64,000 nt of DNA. Source: Mobula hypostoma (lineage: Eukaryota). The position numbers and the translations under genes were made by a program. The notes beneath the pieces are model-generated. The model worked only from the letters and a program-made list of their open reading frames with translations. It made no database searches and was not told the origin of the DNA. Shown piece by piece: positions 38,600-51,950 of the stretch (positions within the stretch are counted from its first letter, which is position 1; the number at the start of each line of letters is the position of its first letter). The stretch lies in assembly GCF_963921235.1 (NCBI RefSeq), contig NC_086107.1, positions 107,632,001-107,696,000 of the forward strand, written 5' to 3'.

Positions 38600-39655
38600 G
38601 ATCCAGTGGATAAAGCAATGGCTGATTGGCAGGAAGCAAAGAGTGGGAATAAAGGAAGCCTTTTCTAGTTAGCTGCAGGTAACTAGTGGTGTAACACAGG
38701 GTCTGTGTTGGGACTGATTCTTTTTGTTATATGCCAGTGATTTGGATGATGAAATTGATGGCTTTGTTGTAAAGTTTGCAGACAATACAAAGATAGACGG
38801 TGGGGCAGGTAGCTTTGAGGAAATAGGAAAAAAGAAGGATTTAGACAGATTTGGAGAATGGACAATGTAGTGGCAGATGGAATACAGTGTCAGGAAGTGT
38901 ATGGTCATGCACTTTGGTAGAAGAAATGAAAGGGTTGACTATTTTCTAAATGGAGATAAAATACAAAAATCTGGGGCACAAAGATATTTGGACGTCCAGG
39001 TTGAATCTGTGGTGAGGAAGGCAAATGTGATGTTAGCATTCCTTTTAAGCGGACTAGATTATAAAAGCAAGGATGTAATGTTGAGGCTTTATAAAGCATT
39101 AGTGAGGCCTCACTTGGAGTATTGTGAGCAGTTTTGGGCCCCTTATCCGAGAAAGGATATGCTGAAACTGGAGAAGGTTCATGAAAATGATTCCAGGATT
39201 AAACAGCTTGTCACGTGAAGAGTGTTTGATGGCTCTGGGCCTGTATTCACTGGAATTTAGAAGAATGAAGGGTGACCTCATTGAAATCTATCGAATGATA
39301 AAAAGGTCTTGATAGAATGGATATGGAGAGGATGTTTCCTATAGTGAGAGTGTCTAAAATCAGAAGGCACAGCCTCAAAATAGAAGGGCATCCTTTTAGA
39401 ACGGAGATAAGGGATATCTTAAGCCAGAGTGGTGAATCTGTGGTATATGTTGCCCCAGGCAGCTGTGGAGGCCAAGTCTTTTTGTATATTTAAGGCAGAG
39501 GTTGATAGATGCTTGATTGGTCAGGGCATAAAAGGATATATGGAGAAGGCAAGAAATTTGGGCTGAGAGGAAAAATGGATCAGCCATGATGAAATGGCAG
39601 AGCAGACACAATGGCCCATATGGCCTAATTCTGCTCATACATCTTATGATCTTGT
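38600..39655 (+). mobile_element. Decayed CR1 LINE (RT C-terminal half + 3'UTR)
   Basis: ORF 38877..39218 YKALVRPHLEYCEQFWAPY; upstream KFADNTK remnant; tail tcttatgatctt. Confidence 0.88.
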
Positions 39656-40919
39656 AATCTTGTCCATTTGCCCCTAGAAGAACTGCTGATTTTTGTTCAG
39701 TTAGAGCCTAGATTAAACCCCAGGTCACTGCTGAGTTTGCTCATGAAAACATGGCAGAAAGAAGCATAGTATTTGGAATACCATCTCCAAAGGCTCTTTA
39801 CTCAACACTTGTGCATGCTTTCCAGCACAGATGAGTAGAATTAGGATCAGCTGTTTGCTGTGTTCTTCATAGGGTGAAAGTTGCCAGTGCTCAACTCTTC
39901 CAGCTTGTATGTGAAACGTGGCTTTCAGAGTAATATGGCCCACAGAGGTGTAATCATGCTTCCACAAGCAGCATCAATAGAAGTGTGTGTCATTCAGACT
40001 GTCAACACACTTGAGTAATATTTATGCTGTTAAATAAACTGTGCATGGTTTTGGGCAGACCAGCAGAACGAAGAAAAACAAGACTGATAGTTTTTAAAAT
40101 CTCACTTTCCAAATAATATCATTCTTGTTATATCCTTCAGACACAAATGCAAAATTGGATTGCCAGCTGTCCAGTATTATTTGTACAGGACAATCTGTAT
40201 GTGAAACAAATGTTAACCGTACCATTGGATTTCAATGTGGGACACCAGTTTCCTGTTTTATTTTGTTTTTAAAAAGCCCATAGAGGCAGAGCTGGGAATC
40301 TCCAGTTCAATCACATCTTTAGAAAGAAACAGGTGTTAAGACCATAAGATATAGGAGCAGAATTGAGCTACTTGGACCATTGAGTATGCTGTGCCATTTC
40401 ATCATGGTTGATCCGTTTGCCCCCTTAGCTCAATCTCCTGCCTTCTCCCAGTATCCCTTCATGCCCTGACTGATCAAGAATCTATCTTCAGTACCCAGTT
40501 CACTTTGAAGCCCATTGCATTGATGTAACCATAGAAAATACTGGGGAGGCAATGATGGCAATTTGAAGTAGGCATTGGATGTTCTAGTTGATGCCAAACA
40601 AGGTAAACTTACCCAACATCAGAAAGCGGGGATCAGTCCTCACCTGGGCTGATCACTCACTGCCACTAACTGCAATGTTTTTGGAAAAATATACATAGCT
40701 TTTAGTTTTTTTCTGAATCTCCTTTTGGCTTTGGTTGGATGTGTAACTCGTAGATTTGTGCTTAAATTTTCCCCTCCCCTTATTTCAGTTCATGCAGACC
40801 AGAATTTGACCATGAAGGAGGTTAGGTTGTACCTAGAATCTTCTGTGATTCAAAGTAGTATGTGACTTGCTGGAATACACCGTTAGCACTTTTGATCATA
40901 AATGGGGAGGTGGGGTGCA

Positions 40920-41612
40920 CTCTTATTGATAGTGAAGCAGGTTACAATGAATTACAGAGATATCTTGATGAGTTAGGGAGCTGGGCTGAGGAGTGGCATA
41001 TAGACTTCAACTTGGACAAGAGTGAGGTGACACATTTTTGACAGTAAAGCCATGATAAGACTGGAATGAATGTCAATGCACTGGTCAAGTGTTAGGAACA
41101 AAAGACCAATTGCACAGTTTGTTGAAGAGTGGCCGGGCAAGTACACAGCGATGGAACAAGGTGTCTAGCACACTAGCCTTCATCAATCGGTATCAAGTCG
41201 AGGAATAGGTACACTGTGTTGCAGTTATGTAAGTCAATAGTGTGACCACACTTGAAGTATTGTGTTCGGTTATATAAAAGATTGTCAAGCTGGAGAGTGT
41301 GCAGAAGAGATTAATGAGATTGCTGCCTCGCTAGAGGGGCTGAGTTATAGTTAAGGGTTGGCTATTCAGAATCTTTATTCCCTGGAGCACAGGAGAATGA
41401 GGTGTGGCATCATAGAATTTTCTAAGATCCTAATGGGTATGGATAAGGTCGACAGTAATTGCTTTTGAAGAATTGGGATAGTTACCATGGAGGGGAGGGC
41501 TTGGAGGGTAATAGGCTTAGCACTGGCAGCTGGGACTCTCAGGGAGTTTGTTATGGTAAGCATGGACCTTTTGGGCCGAAAGGCCTGTTCCCATTTTGGG
41601 TTACTCTGACTC
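40920..41612 (+). mobile_element. Highly decayed CR1 fragment
   Basis: gaccacacttgaagtattgtgttcggtt and ctggagagtgtgcagaagagatt remnants; tail actctgactctga. Confidence 0.65.
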
Positions 41613-42819
41613 TGATGGAAACACTTTCTTTTTGCCCAATTCATTATGAGCTTGCACTTTTGAATCTCTTCTGATATTTGTTCCAAGTGGAAGAACCCCA
41701 GCTTCTTTGTCTCCACATACCTTTCTAGGATTTTTTTCACCAAAGCAATGATTTGTGCTGGGATCAGGATCTTCCATTTCTGCAGTAGAAGAGAAACTTG
41801 TAACAAAGGCAAGATTTTATACTGCCCTTGGAGTACACACAATTTTCATTTCTTTGTAAGCAGCCTTCTCAGCAGATGTCAATGTGTTATATACTTGCAG
41901 TATGTTCCTTGGCAAACAAATTTACAGCTACGAACAGTCAGAAGTAACCTCATTTTGAAAGCTTAGTGGAATATAACCTCCAGTTTTTCTTCTTTCCTCT
42001 CCCTACTGTCACATAACAAAACAGTCTATTAATGATAACAGTAGTTAGATTGAGCATGGAAGGTTCCTACTGTAACAAGACTAGCTTGTGTTGGCAATTA
42101 TACATTATCATGAACTCTACAAAAGTTTTTGGGTGTGGAGGAACAGGGGACATGGTGTTAGGTCTTAACTATTTAAATTTATCTGCAACAATTCAAGGTT
42201 AGCTGTTAACTCCTGCAACCAGCATTTATTGGCTGAATCCAGTGAGCTTCTGCTTACATTTTCCATGTGTTTTTGTTTGATTTATTATGTTAATTTAAGC
42301 AAAGTCCATTTAAAGCAGGATTATGTTGAATTTGTTGATGAGATTTTGTACATCTTGTGTCAGATTTTGTTACATATTATAGCATTGTTAAATTAATGGC
42401 CTCTTGCATGATTTCACTCAATTGCACATTTTGAAAGCTTAAAATATTGTGAAGAGAGATCCAAAAGGGATAATTGAGGTGAAAGCGAAGCAATTAGAAG
42501 CTGCCAATTTGGTCAATTATAATTTATTGAGATGCTTTAAAAAAAATCTTAATCTGAATTCCAGACTATTGCATATTTGAGTGCAGTTTATGTACAGCTC
42601 TGGCCCCGAAAGTTAAGTTGTAGTTGCTGTCTTAGATCATTCTTCAGGAAGTTGACCGCACAATAAAATGAACAGTTAAATTCATGTAACACAGATGCAC
42701 AGGTGGTGGCTAAACAAAATATGTATTATTTTTGACCCCTGGAGCTTTATATTCGTTTTGACAGGCTTGGGATTTCATTCTTTTGCCGAAATGACAATGA
42801 TCTTGTGTTCCTGAGCAGG

Positions 42820-43493
42820 TTAGATTAGATTAGATTCAACTTTATTGTCATTGTGCCAGGTACAGATACAAAGCCAATGAAATGCAGTTAGCATCTAACC
42901 AGAAATGCAAAGAATAGTGTCACTTATAAAATAACTGTGAATAAAAAGTAAGTGCTACAGCACACAAATATAAAAGTACTGAGAGAGTACAGTATGGGTG
43001 CAATACTGATTAGCGCTGTGATGTGAGGTTCAGCAGGGTCACAGCCTCAGGGAAGAAGCTCTTCCTGAGCCTGCTGGTGTGGGAGTGGAGGCTGCTGTAG
43101 CGCCTACCGGTTGGGAGGAGAGTAAAAAGTCCATGGTTAGAGTGAGATGCATCTTTGATAATACTTTTCGCCCTGCTTAGACAGCGTTTATGGTAGATGT
43201 TCTCAGTGGTAGGCAATTGGGTGCCGATAATCTGCTGGGCAGTTTTCACCGCACACTGGAGTGCTTTACAGTCCGATACGGGACAATTGCCATACCACAC
43301 TGAGATGCAGTTGGCGAGTATGCTATTGCACCTTTTTGATCAGGATGGAGGAGTTCAGGGACCAAGTGAGATCCTCGGAAATGTGGACACCAAGGAATTT
43401 GAAGCTTGATACCCGCTCCACTACAGCTCCGTTGATGTAGATAGGGACGTGAGTGTGGCTCTTAGCATGCCTGAAGTCCATAATGATCTCCTT
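42820..43493 (-). mobile_element. Rex/Babar-like LINE 3' fragment
   Basis: Minus ORFs KEIIMDFR...VERVSSFKFLGVHISEDLTWS and WYGNC...RLRKSFFPEAVTLLN; (tctaa)n tail. Confidence 0.88.
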
Positions 43494-44961
43494 AAGATCA
43501 TGCTGCGCCGACTTCCATTCTACTTCCATCGAAATTAGCATACAGTAGATCATTTTCCACTCATAATTTATTGGTTATTATTCTTTACCACATATAGCCT
43601 GTTGGAACCTCTGTGTTAATTCTCTTCCCCATCGCCAAGAGTATACTCAAACATCACTTTTTAATGGTGATGTTTAGTGCAAGCTATCTTACAGACCAAA
43701 TCTGGATAGAAAATTAGGTTGTTCATCCACCATTCAACTTGAATGTGCCTGCTGCTGAACACTTATTAAAGAATATTTCACTTTGACCTGCTACCATAAC
43801 TCTCAAATAACTAATTCCACTTCTTGCTATGCAAAATTGTTAATTTTTATTGATTACCTTTAGTTATCGTATTTACACCAATCAATTCAAAAGACCGTTA
43901 TCCGCAACATTTGATTTTAGGCTCAATCCAGATCCCTCTTTACTGATTATCCACCAAGTTGTCTACATAATTGGAACCTCTTGTGTGTTAACATCATTGT
44001 GAATTTATGCTACACCTTTTCTGTTGTTTGGAAAATGCCCTTTTTTGTTTCAAGTATGTGTAAAGTAGTAGGGTTAAGTGATACCAGAAAATAAACCCTT
44101 CCAAACAATAATTCTTGATGCTCCTTGCTGTATAAATACATGCAGTACTAAGTGATTCAGATGTCTGTGTTAATCTTCAGTAGTTTTGGTTTTCATTTTC
44201 CTTAAGAGTTCATTTTAGACAAATAGATTTGATGTCGTTACTTGCTCCGCTTCAGTGATTGACTTTGACAACAGGTGTTTAGTTGTAGCAACTGAGTGTG
44301 GTTAAGTTGTGAACCAAGATCTGTTTGTGTAAAAGTAAATTAAAAGATAAAATTTTGCTGGAAGGGCCTCGGATACATCACAGCAAGGTTTAAAAAATCT
44401 TGGGTTTTATTGAATCTGGGCATTTAGGTAAGTAAATCTGGGCTTTCATAATTTGTTAATATGATCAGATTCAAGTGATTGTGTGTTTTAAATAGAATAT
44501 TTTAGCTGAATTAATAACTGAGAGCCAGGTTGTGGGAAACCCCTGAGGATGGAATAAAACATTAAGGATAAATTAAATACATTTACCAGATTTCTGCAGA
44601 CCAAGTCTAAATGGAGTTTATTTACGCAGAACTAAAAATCAGCAACAACTTAAACCAAAATTCTCGGTGCTAGAAATTTTTTGAAAAAATGCTATAATTC
44701 CTTGGCGAATCGGTCAGCATTGGTTGAAAGAACCATTTGGAGCTGATGACCTTTCATTAGACTATATTTACCATTCCATTGGATACACCTGGATTTCTAT
44801 GTGCTTTCTGCAATAGTCACTTCCACCTCTCTTCTGCTTTGGTGAGAGTACTCTTGCCAAACATCAGGGTTGTGCAACTGGCCCTCAAGTTTAGCAATGC
44901 ACTAAATCAAACCTAGTGACATCATTGGTGTTGACTCTGCCAGTAGCTGGTATTATACATT

Positions 44962-45200
44962 AACACGAGGAATTCTGTAGATGCTGGAAATTCAAGCAAC
45001 ACATCAAAGTTGCTGGTGAATGCAGCAGGCCAGGCAGCATCTCTAGGAAGAGGTACAGTTGACATTTCGGGCCGAGACCCTTCATCAGGACTCAAAGGTC
45101 TTCGTCCTGACGAAGGGTCTCGGCCGAAACATCGACTGTACCTCTTCCTAGAAATGCTACCTGGCCTGCTGCGTTCACCAGCAACTTTGATGTGTGTTGC
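44962..45200. mobile_element. Fold-back PLE-terminus insertion with hammerhead motifs on both strands
   Basis: Inverted arms 44996-45091 / 45104-45200; 14-bp TSD TGGTATTATACATT at 44948-44961 and 45201-45214; 34-nt tail on the left only. Confidence 0.9.
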
Positions 45201-45638
45201 TGGTATTATACATTGTCTGAATGTTTGAATGTCAACTCCTCAGAAGCACTCTCTATTGAATAAAGTTCTGTTCCACTACAGTTAACTTAGTTATTGTTTT
45301 ACCCTGTTGAGCAGAAAACCATGTATTCTGATTCTATCACGAATATAAATTGTCATTACTCAGGAGATAGTAACTTTTTTTATTTCTAGTAACACTTTTT
45401 AGGAGTATTATATTATGATGGCCACCGTATGGTATTTTATGACTTGCGTTGCTGCTCAGCACTATCCCTTAGAGACTGATTGAAGATGGATGTAGGATGT
45501 CTCTCGTCCATTACTTAGTAGCCTCAATAGTAATAGGAATATTGGGAGCCTGTTAGTTACTGGTAATTTTGAAGCAGGATCTTGCTTATGGTGTGAATTC
45601 ATGACTTTGAACTGACCAACACTTTTTCTGTGTTTCAG

Positions 45639-45660
45639 GTTACAGAACAAAAAACCAAAG
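45639..45660 (+). CDS. TNRC6B: TNRC6B 22-nt microexon: VTEQKTK + first base of V
   Basis: Branch-like actgacc, pyrimidine tract tttttctgtgtttcAG, donor GTaaga at 45661. Bridges ATQK to (V)PEATKP in frame. Confidence 0.93.
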
Positions 45661-46934
45661 GTAAGAGATTTCTTGTTTTGAAAGCACAGTTCAAAGGATT
45701 TATTCTTATTGTGTTCACTTCAAGTAGATCTGCATCTATTCAGATGATCATAAACAAAAATAATTTATCCAGCAATATCTTCACACTAGGATGAATAAAA
45801 GATTCAGAATTAATGCGCGATTTAAGCTCACCTGTGACTTGCTTTTCTACTTCCTTTCTATTTTCCAACTTGGTTCATATAGATTAAAAGTTTGTGATAG
45901 TATGTTTCTAAGACTATAAGTCTCACTGAAGGTTGGAAAATTGATTGCACTAAAACTCAAAAGTTTACTTTGTGATTTATTTGTTGCCTGAATCAACCAA
46001 CTTGGATGACTGGGTTTTAACCATTCAGAAATGCATTTAAAAAAAACTAAGTTTGCACTAGGAGCTGAAACTTCAAATAATATTGCTTCTGTATAAGTGG
46101 AAACTATGGCTGCACTCTTCTCAACTGAAGCTGTTTGGAAAAGTTACTTGTCCATTTACTGTCTAAGTTTACTTTTGTTCTGGGTTGTATCTATGAGATA
46201 CCTTCAAGAAAACTCACTCCAACATTACTATTACTGCAAGATCCTGCTTAGAGTCTTTTGGCTTTGGTGCAGTAAAAGCTTCAGAGCCCACAAGTGGTGA
46301 GTAATACTTGGTAAGATCATACCGCTGGTGAAAACCATTGCAAAGTTCTTCTCAAAGAAAGATATTTTTTCAATGCTCTCAAAAACGCCTGTAACTGGGA
46401 GACATTCAACTTCCAGTAGCTCAGTGACGTTGCTATTTTCCATGAGTGTCATACAAGCGTGGTTTCAGTTTTTTCTACTTTGGAAGGCATCCTCTTGCTT
46501 TTTTTTTGAATATGTATTTCTCAGAATCCAGCTTCAGATAGTAGATTCTCCATCTCTGTAGATCACTACTGCCTAGATATATAGAGGGACCCTGACTCTA
46601 AGAACCTTAAACCATATGCTACCTTAGGTTACTTGTGTCGATCAAGAGAGTTGAAACCTTTGTGTTCTGTTCTGTACTGTGTAATGTTTCACTATCCATT
46701 GCTTCTGCTTATTGGAGTTTCCAGCAATTTATTTAATTGTGCACGACATTTATTTGGGTGTTAACATTGTGGAAGACAACAATTACCATATTAAGGAAGC
46801 TGGGAAAATGTTGCAAATAGCCCTTTATTTCAAAAAAAAATTTGGAAAGAATTGCATTTATAATTTGCATATTTCTGACAATTTTACAAGATGTTGAATG
46901 TGATGAAGGAATTTAACAGGATAGAAAGTCTAAT

Positions 46935-49814
46935 GCCCTCGCAATGCATTATGCACAAAGCTATGCAGGGAGTTAAACACATTCTCAAAAATCACCTGAG
47001 CCGGAAGCTTTCTTCAGGGTTCTCAATGAGAAAACTTAAGTGAAACTGCAGAAAATTAAGTAAAACACATATTAGATTCAATACAGAATCATCTCATGGC
47101 TGAATACACTAATATTATCAATTATTTTCATGATCACCATAAAACAAAGTAATATACACACCCAATGTCCTATGGCTATGCCATAGACTGGAATGAACTT
47201 GTGGCATGATGATAGCTTAATAGCAATGAACAGTAAACATAATTCTTCCTTCAAAGTACATCTGCTAAGTGTTTACCAATATTAAGAAAGCTTAAGACTC
47301 ACAGATATTGCTGTTTCAAGAGCAAATAAAGAGTGGCTGGAGATGGATGTCTTTCCACCATGTTTGTTCCGAGTGGAAATCCAAATTAACCATGCAAAAA
47401 ATTGTTTATAGTTTTAAAAAAAGCTTACGAACAAGAAGTGATTGTTCATGCAAAACGAACTGCAGACAAAACAAACAGCGCTTCCAGAGGCAGAACGCTT
47501 CCTACCTGACATCCGTGGTGTCAAACTTAACTACTGAAATTAAAAGTCAAATGATCACTTAATGGAGTATTTGGCAAATGAATGGACAGTTTCAAAGACC
47601 AGTCTTGAAACAGTCTTACTGCACAGTCTTTAAGTGTTCTTGCTTCGAAAATGTCCTTGATGATATACTTGCTTGTGGCCATGTCTGATGAGCAGATTGG
47701 TGACATGGTGCTCACCCAGAATAATGATTGTGTCAGGTATCTCTGAAGTGAGTTGTGCTCTCGTAATATGTCCTCCAACTTGCTGTAGTCCCTCAGAGTC
47801 AAGAAAGTGACAGAGTTCACTAAGGTAACTTTGGATTGGGAAAGCTTCCTGCTTTGTGATGCACTGCACATCCTTTACATTCACCTGCCTTTGAACAACA
47901 AGGAGGATTCTAACTTTTGCCCAATTGGGTTGCTCTGAGAGGTTGCTTATAAGTGTGCCACACTGCAAAGGCTGTCATTGGCTATTCCTACAATCTTCTC
48001 TTTCAAATAGATACAACTCTCACAGGGTTTGAAATGACTTTGATGCCCATTCTCCAGGATATTAGTCTTAAATGGGCTGATGAGCACCATCGAGGCAGAT
48101 TTTACTCGCTGTGATTGAACCCATGTCCAGTCGTTGGACACAGGTGCACTGTGCTGACCATTGTGCTGTTCACATACCTTATGTATATGGTTGGTGTCTC
48201 TGCCAGGCAACTAGAGAATTTCAGCAGAAGAGTCACATGGGGGGATATTGTCAGCTATGTCCTTAAGATGTGAACAATCAGATGCCCTTTCAGGAATTAG
48301 GATTTCATCTCTGTTTTTGCGAATATGGTCATAGTCAATGAGAGTTGGCAGGGGTAAGCAGGCCTCTGCTCCTATTGACTCGGGGACAAACTGGCTCTGC
48401 TTCTGGTAACTTCTGATATCTCAGAACGTGTCTTTAGAGTGTCCAAGGAAGTAGCTACATCTGGATGCTCAGCTGGCTTTCTGCCATGCTCCACTGCAGG
48501 TATGTTAGAACCAGCAGTAGCCCAAGGTGTTGGCCCTGAATTTACCGCTGTCCAATTCTTCTGAGTAGTCGATAGGTTCTTGGCCCAGTTTCCTGGAGAC
48601 CATTGATGCTTTGCTGCACTGTGTCCATCTGTATTTTGCAATATATTGTTACTGCTTCTCCAATGCTACCCTCCCCAGTTTCTCCCACTTATCCAGATGG
48701 CTGTCTGGTCCAGATCTGGACTACTGCCTCAGGGCTTCTCTAGTCAGACTCAGCATCTCACTTAAACTATTGTCCAATGGTGGTTTATCATTACAGCCTG
48801 GTGTAGCAAGTGAGGGCTGTGCAGTAGGCTTTGTGGTAGCTTCTGTTGAAAGGTGAGCCACACATACACTTGGTTCACCATTTAATCCTTGTCTGCTCTT
48901 ATTAAGTGGTGAACACCCATGTGTTTCCAAGTTGGGTGACTTTGTACCTTGAATGAGAATTCCTCCTCTTTGGGTTTGAATCTGAAGCAAAGGATCCAAG
49001 TTCAGGAGGAGGACTGGGTAAAACTTTGTGAAGCTTGATGGGATGCTGGTTCCTACCTTTTGTTGCTTTGATTTCATCTTCTGTTGAGCAACCATATTGT
49101 ATTAGATGACTTGCACCAGTGGTTGGTTCTTCAGTCACCTTCCTAGAGAGAGACGACCACCACTGTCTAAGACGACTGCCACTTCATACACATTTGTCTC
49201 TGCTAAGAAAGCCTCAGCTTTACACTCATCTTTGAGGGCAGTCATTGTAGCTTCTACACGAGCTTTTTGAATTAGCATTTCAGCTTCGCATTTAGCATAT
49301 GCTGTTCTCATTCCTGCTGCTTCAGTTCTGTTCTGGGCCTGTGCTGTAGTTATGGTAAGCGTGGTTTTGCTTGATCATTGTGAAGATGCAATTGATGCAC
49401 CACATTCTGACCTGATTTCCAGGGCTCGGTTGATTGAAGTTGCTGGGGTCAGAAGCGACATTGTAACATAAGCTGTTCAGACCTGTCTCCAATCAGCAGC
49501 GATGCCTTTGAAGATGAGTTACCTTTTGGCTCTGTTGCTCTCGCAGTGTTGCACACAAAGCTAGGACTGGAGTTAAGCACCTTCTCAAAATTCACTCGAG
49601 CTAGAAGCTTTCTTCAGAGTTTTTAATGAGAAAACACTTTGAAAAGATATTGTTTTTTCAAGGGCAAATAAAGAGTGGATGGACATGGATGTCTTTCAAG
49701 TGTTTGCTTCAAGTTGAAATCTGAATTAACCCACGCAGGAAATATGTGAAAAAACAGCTTATGAACAGGAAGTGATGTTTGTTCAAAACAAACAGTGCCT
49801 CCAGAGGTAGAGCA
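46935..49814 (-). mobile_element. Decayed, internally deleted BEL/Pao-like LTR retrotransposon
   Basis: Diverged direct repeats ~46935-47497 and ~49535-49814 (shared gaagctttcttcag, caaataaagagtgg, caaaacaaacag); minus-strand integrase Zn-finger remnant ILGEHHVTNLLIRHGHKQVYHQG; purine-rich stretch next to the left LTR on the minus strand. Confidence 0.65.
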
Positions 49815-51299
49815 GGAAGGAAACACTCTTTCCTCAGAAAGGGAAGTCTAATGTAAGTGAATGTACCTTAGCATTTGAAACAACCTGGTTCAAAGCTATT
49901 CCAGACAAAGCAGCATTGTGCAAAGTGAGGTGCTTGTGTAGAGTTTATTGTCTCAAAGGGCCATAAAGACTGACTCATTTAAAAGATGTTACTTGCTTCA
50001 AGCAAAAGGATTAAGTCAAACAAAGAAAGATAAAGTGGGTTAAAAGATCTGCCATTACCAAGAATGGCAAGTTAGACCTGATGGACTAAATGGTGTTGTG
50101 CAAAGATGGGCAAGTCTGCATTATGGTCTGTATTCTATGTAATGGATTTGAATGTTTTTTGCATCTGAGTTTCATGGCAGTGTGGGCAAAGTCTTTGCAA
50201 AAAAAAAATAATTAAATTCAAATCTTGATACTGCTTCATCATAAAATGCCTTGATGCAGTTCTGGCAGAGTACACACATCTTCAGTTCAGTGAAAAACAG
50301 AGCAATCCATAGCGCCTGCTCCCATCCCCTTGTTCTCTGTCATCAATGCACATCAATTTTCTTTTTGCCCCTTAATACTGTATAATTTGCAGTCACCAGT
50401 TAATCTACCAGCAAATCTTTGGGATGTGGACGGAAACTGGAGCACCCATCAGAAACCCACACTGCTCCAAAGAGGCTGTATTAACTGTGTCAATCAGTGC
50501 ATGGGGTTATTATCAAACCAAAGCCCCTGCACCTGTGAGGCTAGCTATTGTGCTCTGTGTGGTCTTGAAGAGTATTTTATTTTGCCCTTGTGTATATGAT
50601 GCGTAGTGCTGTGCTGTTACCTGAAAATGAATTAGTGGGCTTTTCTCATTCTCTTTGTTACCCTATTTTAAAATGGAACTCTGCCCTATTTTACCAGGTG
50701 TGAAATGATTATCTTGAATCCTATAAAAATTTTATTCAATTGTCACATGCTCAATAAATATGTGATGAACTAGGTATGTGCCACAGTGTTTGAAATAAAA
50801 AAATGTTTGTTTGAAGCACTAGCCATGATACTAAATGCCTGGTCTCAATGGGACAACACCCTGCATCAATGAACTAAACACAGCAGCATGGTTACATTAG
50901 CATTTTGAGGCAGTTCCAAGTAGTGCAAGCTGCTCTCGATCCCAGCTGGAAATCCATCATGGTCAGCAGAGAGGAGCTTGCATCTCTGGATGATAAACTA
51001 CCTGGCTCAAGATAAGAGGGCTTGTCTATAGTTTGGTTTGCAGTGTGATTTACAAGCAGTCCAAAATACTGCAGTAACCCATCCTCTGTAAGTAAAGGTC
51101 ATACATTATCCATTTGAAAATGAAAATATGTGACTGCTGGAAATCTGAAAGATAACCAGAACTGTACTGAAGATCCTTCATCTGAAGGGCTCTATTACAA
51201 GCCTCTTAGAATTTTTTTTGCTCCATTTTTCCTTTAGAACTTCTATATTTTCTTTCATCAGTGTTGGGAACCTTTTATTTGTAATTCCTACCCTGATAC

Positions 51300-51950
51300 A
51301 AAGTTCAAAGTAAATATGTTATCAAAGTATGTTCATGTCACCATATATAACCCTGAGATTCATTTTCTTGCAGGCATACTCAATAAATCCAAGAACCATA
51401 ATATAACGACCATATAACAATTACAGCACAGAAACAGGCCATCTCGGCCCTTCTAGTCCATGCCGATCTCCTACTCTCACCTAGTCCCACCGACCTGCAC
51501 TCAGCCCATAACCCTCCATTCCTTTCCTGTCCATATAGCTGTCCAATTTAACTTTAAACGACAACATCGAACCTGCCTCAACCACTTCTGCTGGAAGCTC
51601 GTTCCACACAGCTACCACTCTCTGAGTAAAGAAGTTCCCCCTCCTGTTACCCCTAAACTTTTGCCCTATAATCAGTGAAATACTTTACCCATCAAGGTAG
51701 ACAAACACCAGTGTGCAAAACTGCAAACACAAAAGACAAAAAAAAAAAGAGCAATATCAAGAACATGAAATGAAGAGTCGTTGAAAAACGAGCCCATAGG
51801 TTGTGGGAACAGTTCAATGATGGGGCGAATTAAGTTATCCATACTGTTTCAAGAGCCTGATGGTTGAGGAAAAATAACTGTTCCTGAACCTGGTAGTGTT
51901 GTGTTCTGAGGCTCCTGTCCCACCTTTCTAATGGCAGCAGCGAGAAGAGA
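51300..51950 (-). mobile_element. LINE 3' tail with a nested CR1 3'UTR (51408-51668)
   Basis: aagttcaaagtaaat...ccctgagattcattttcttgcaggcatactcaataaatcc, same family as 18302, 33628 and 63693. Confidence 0.75.
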
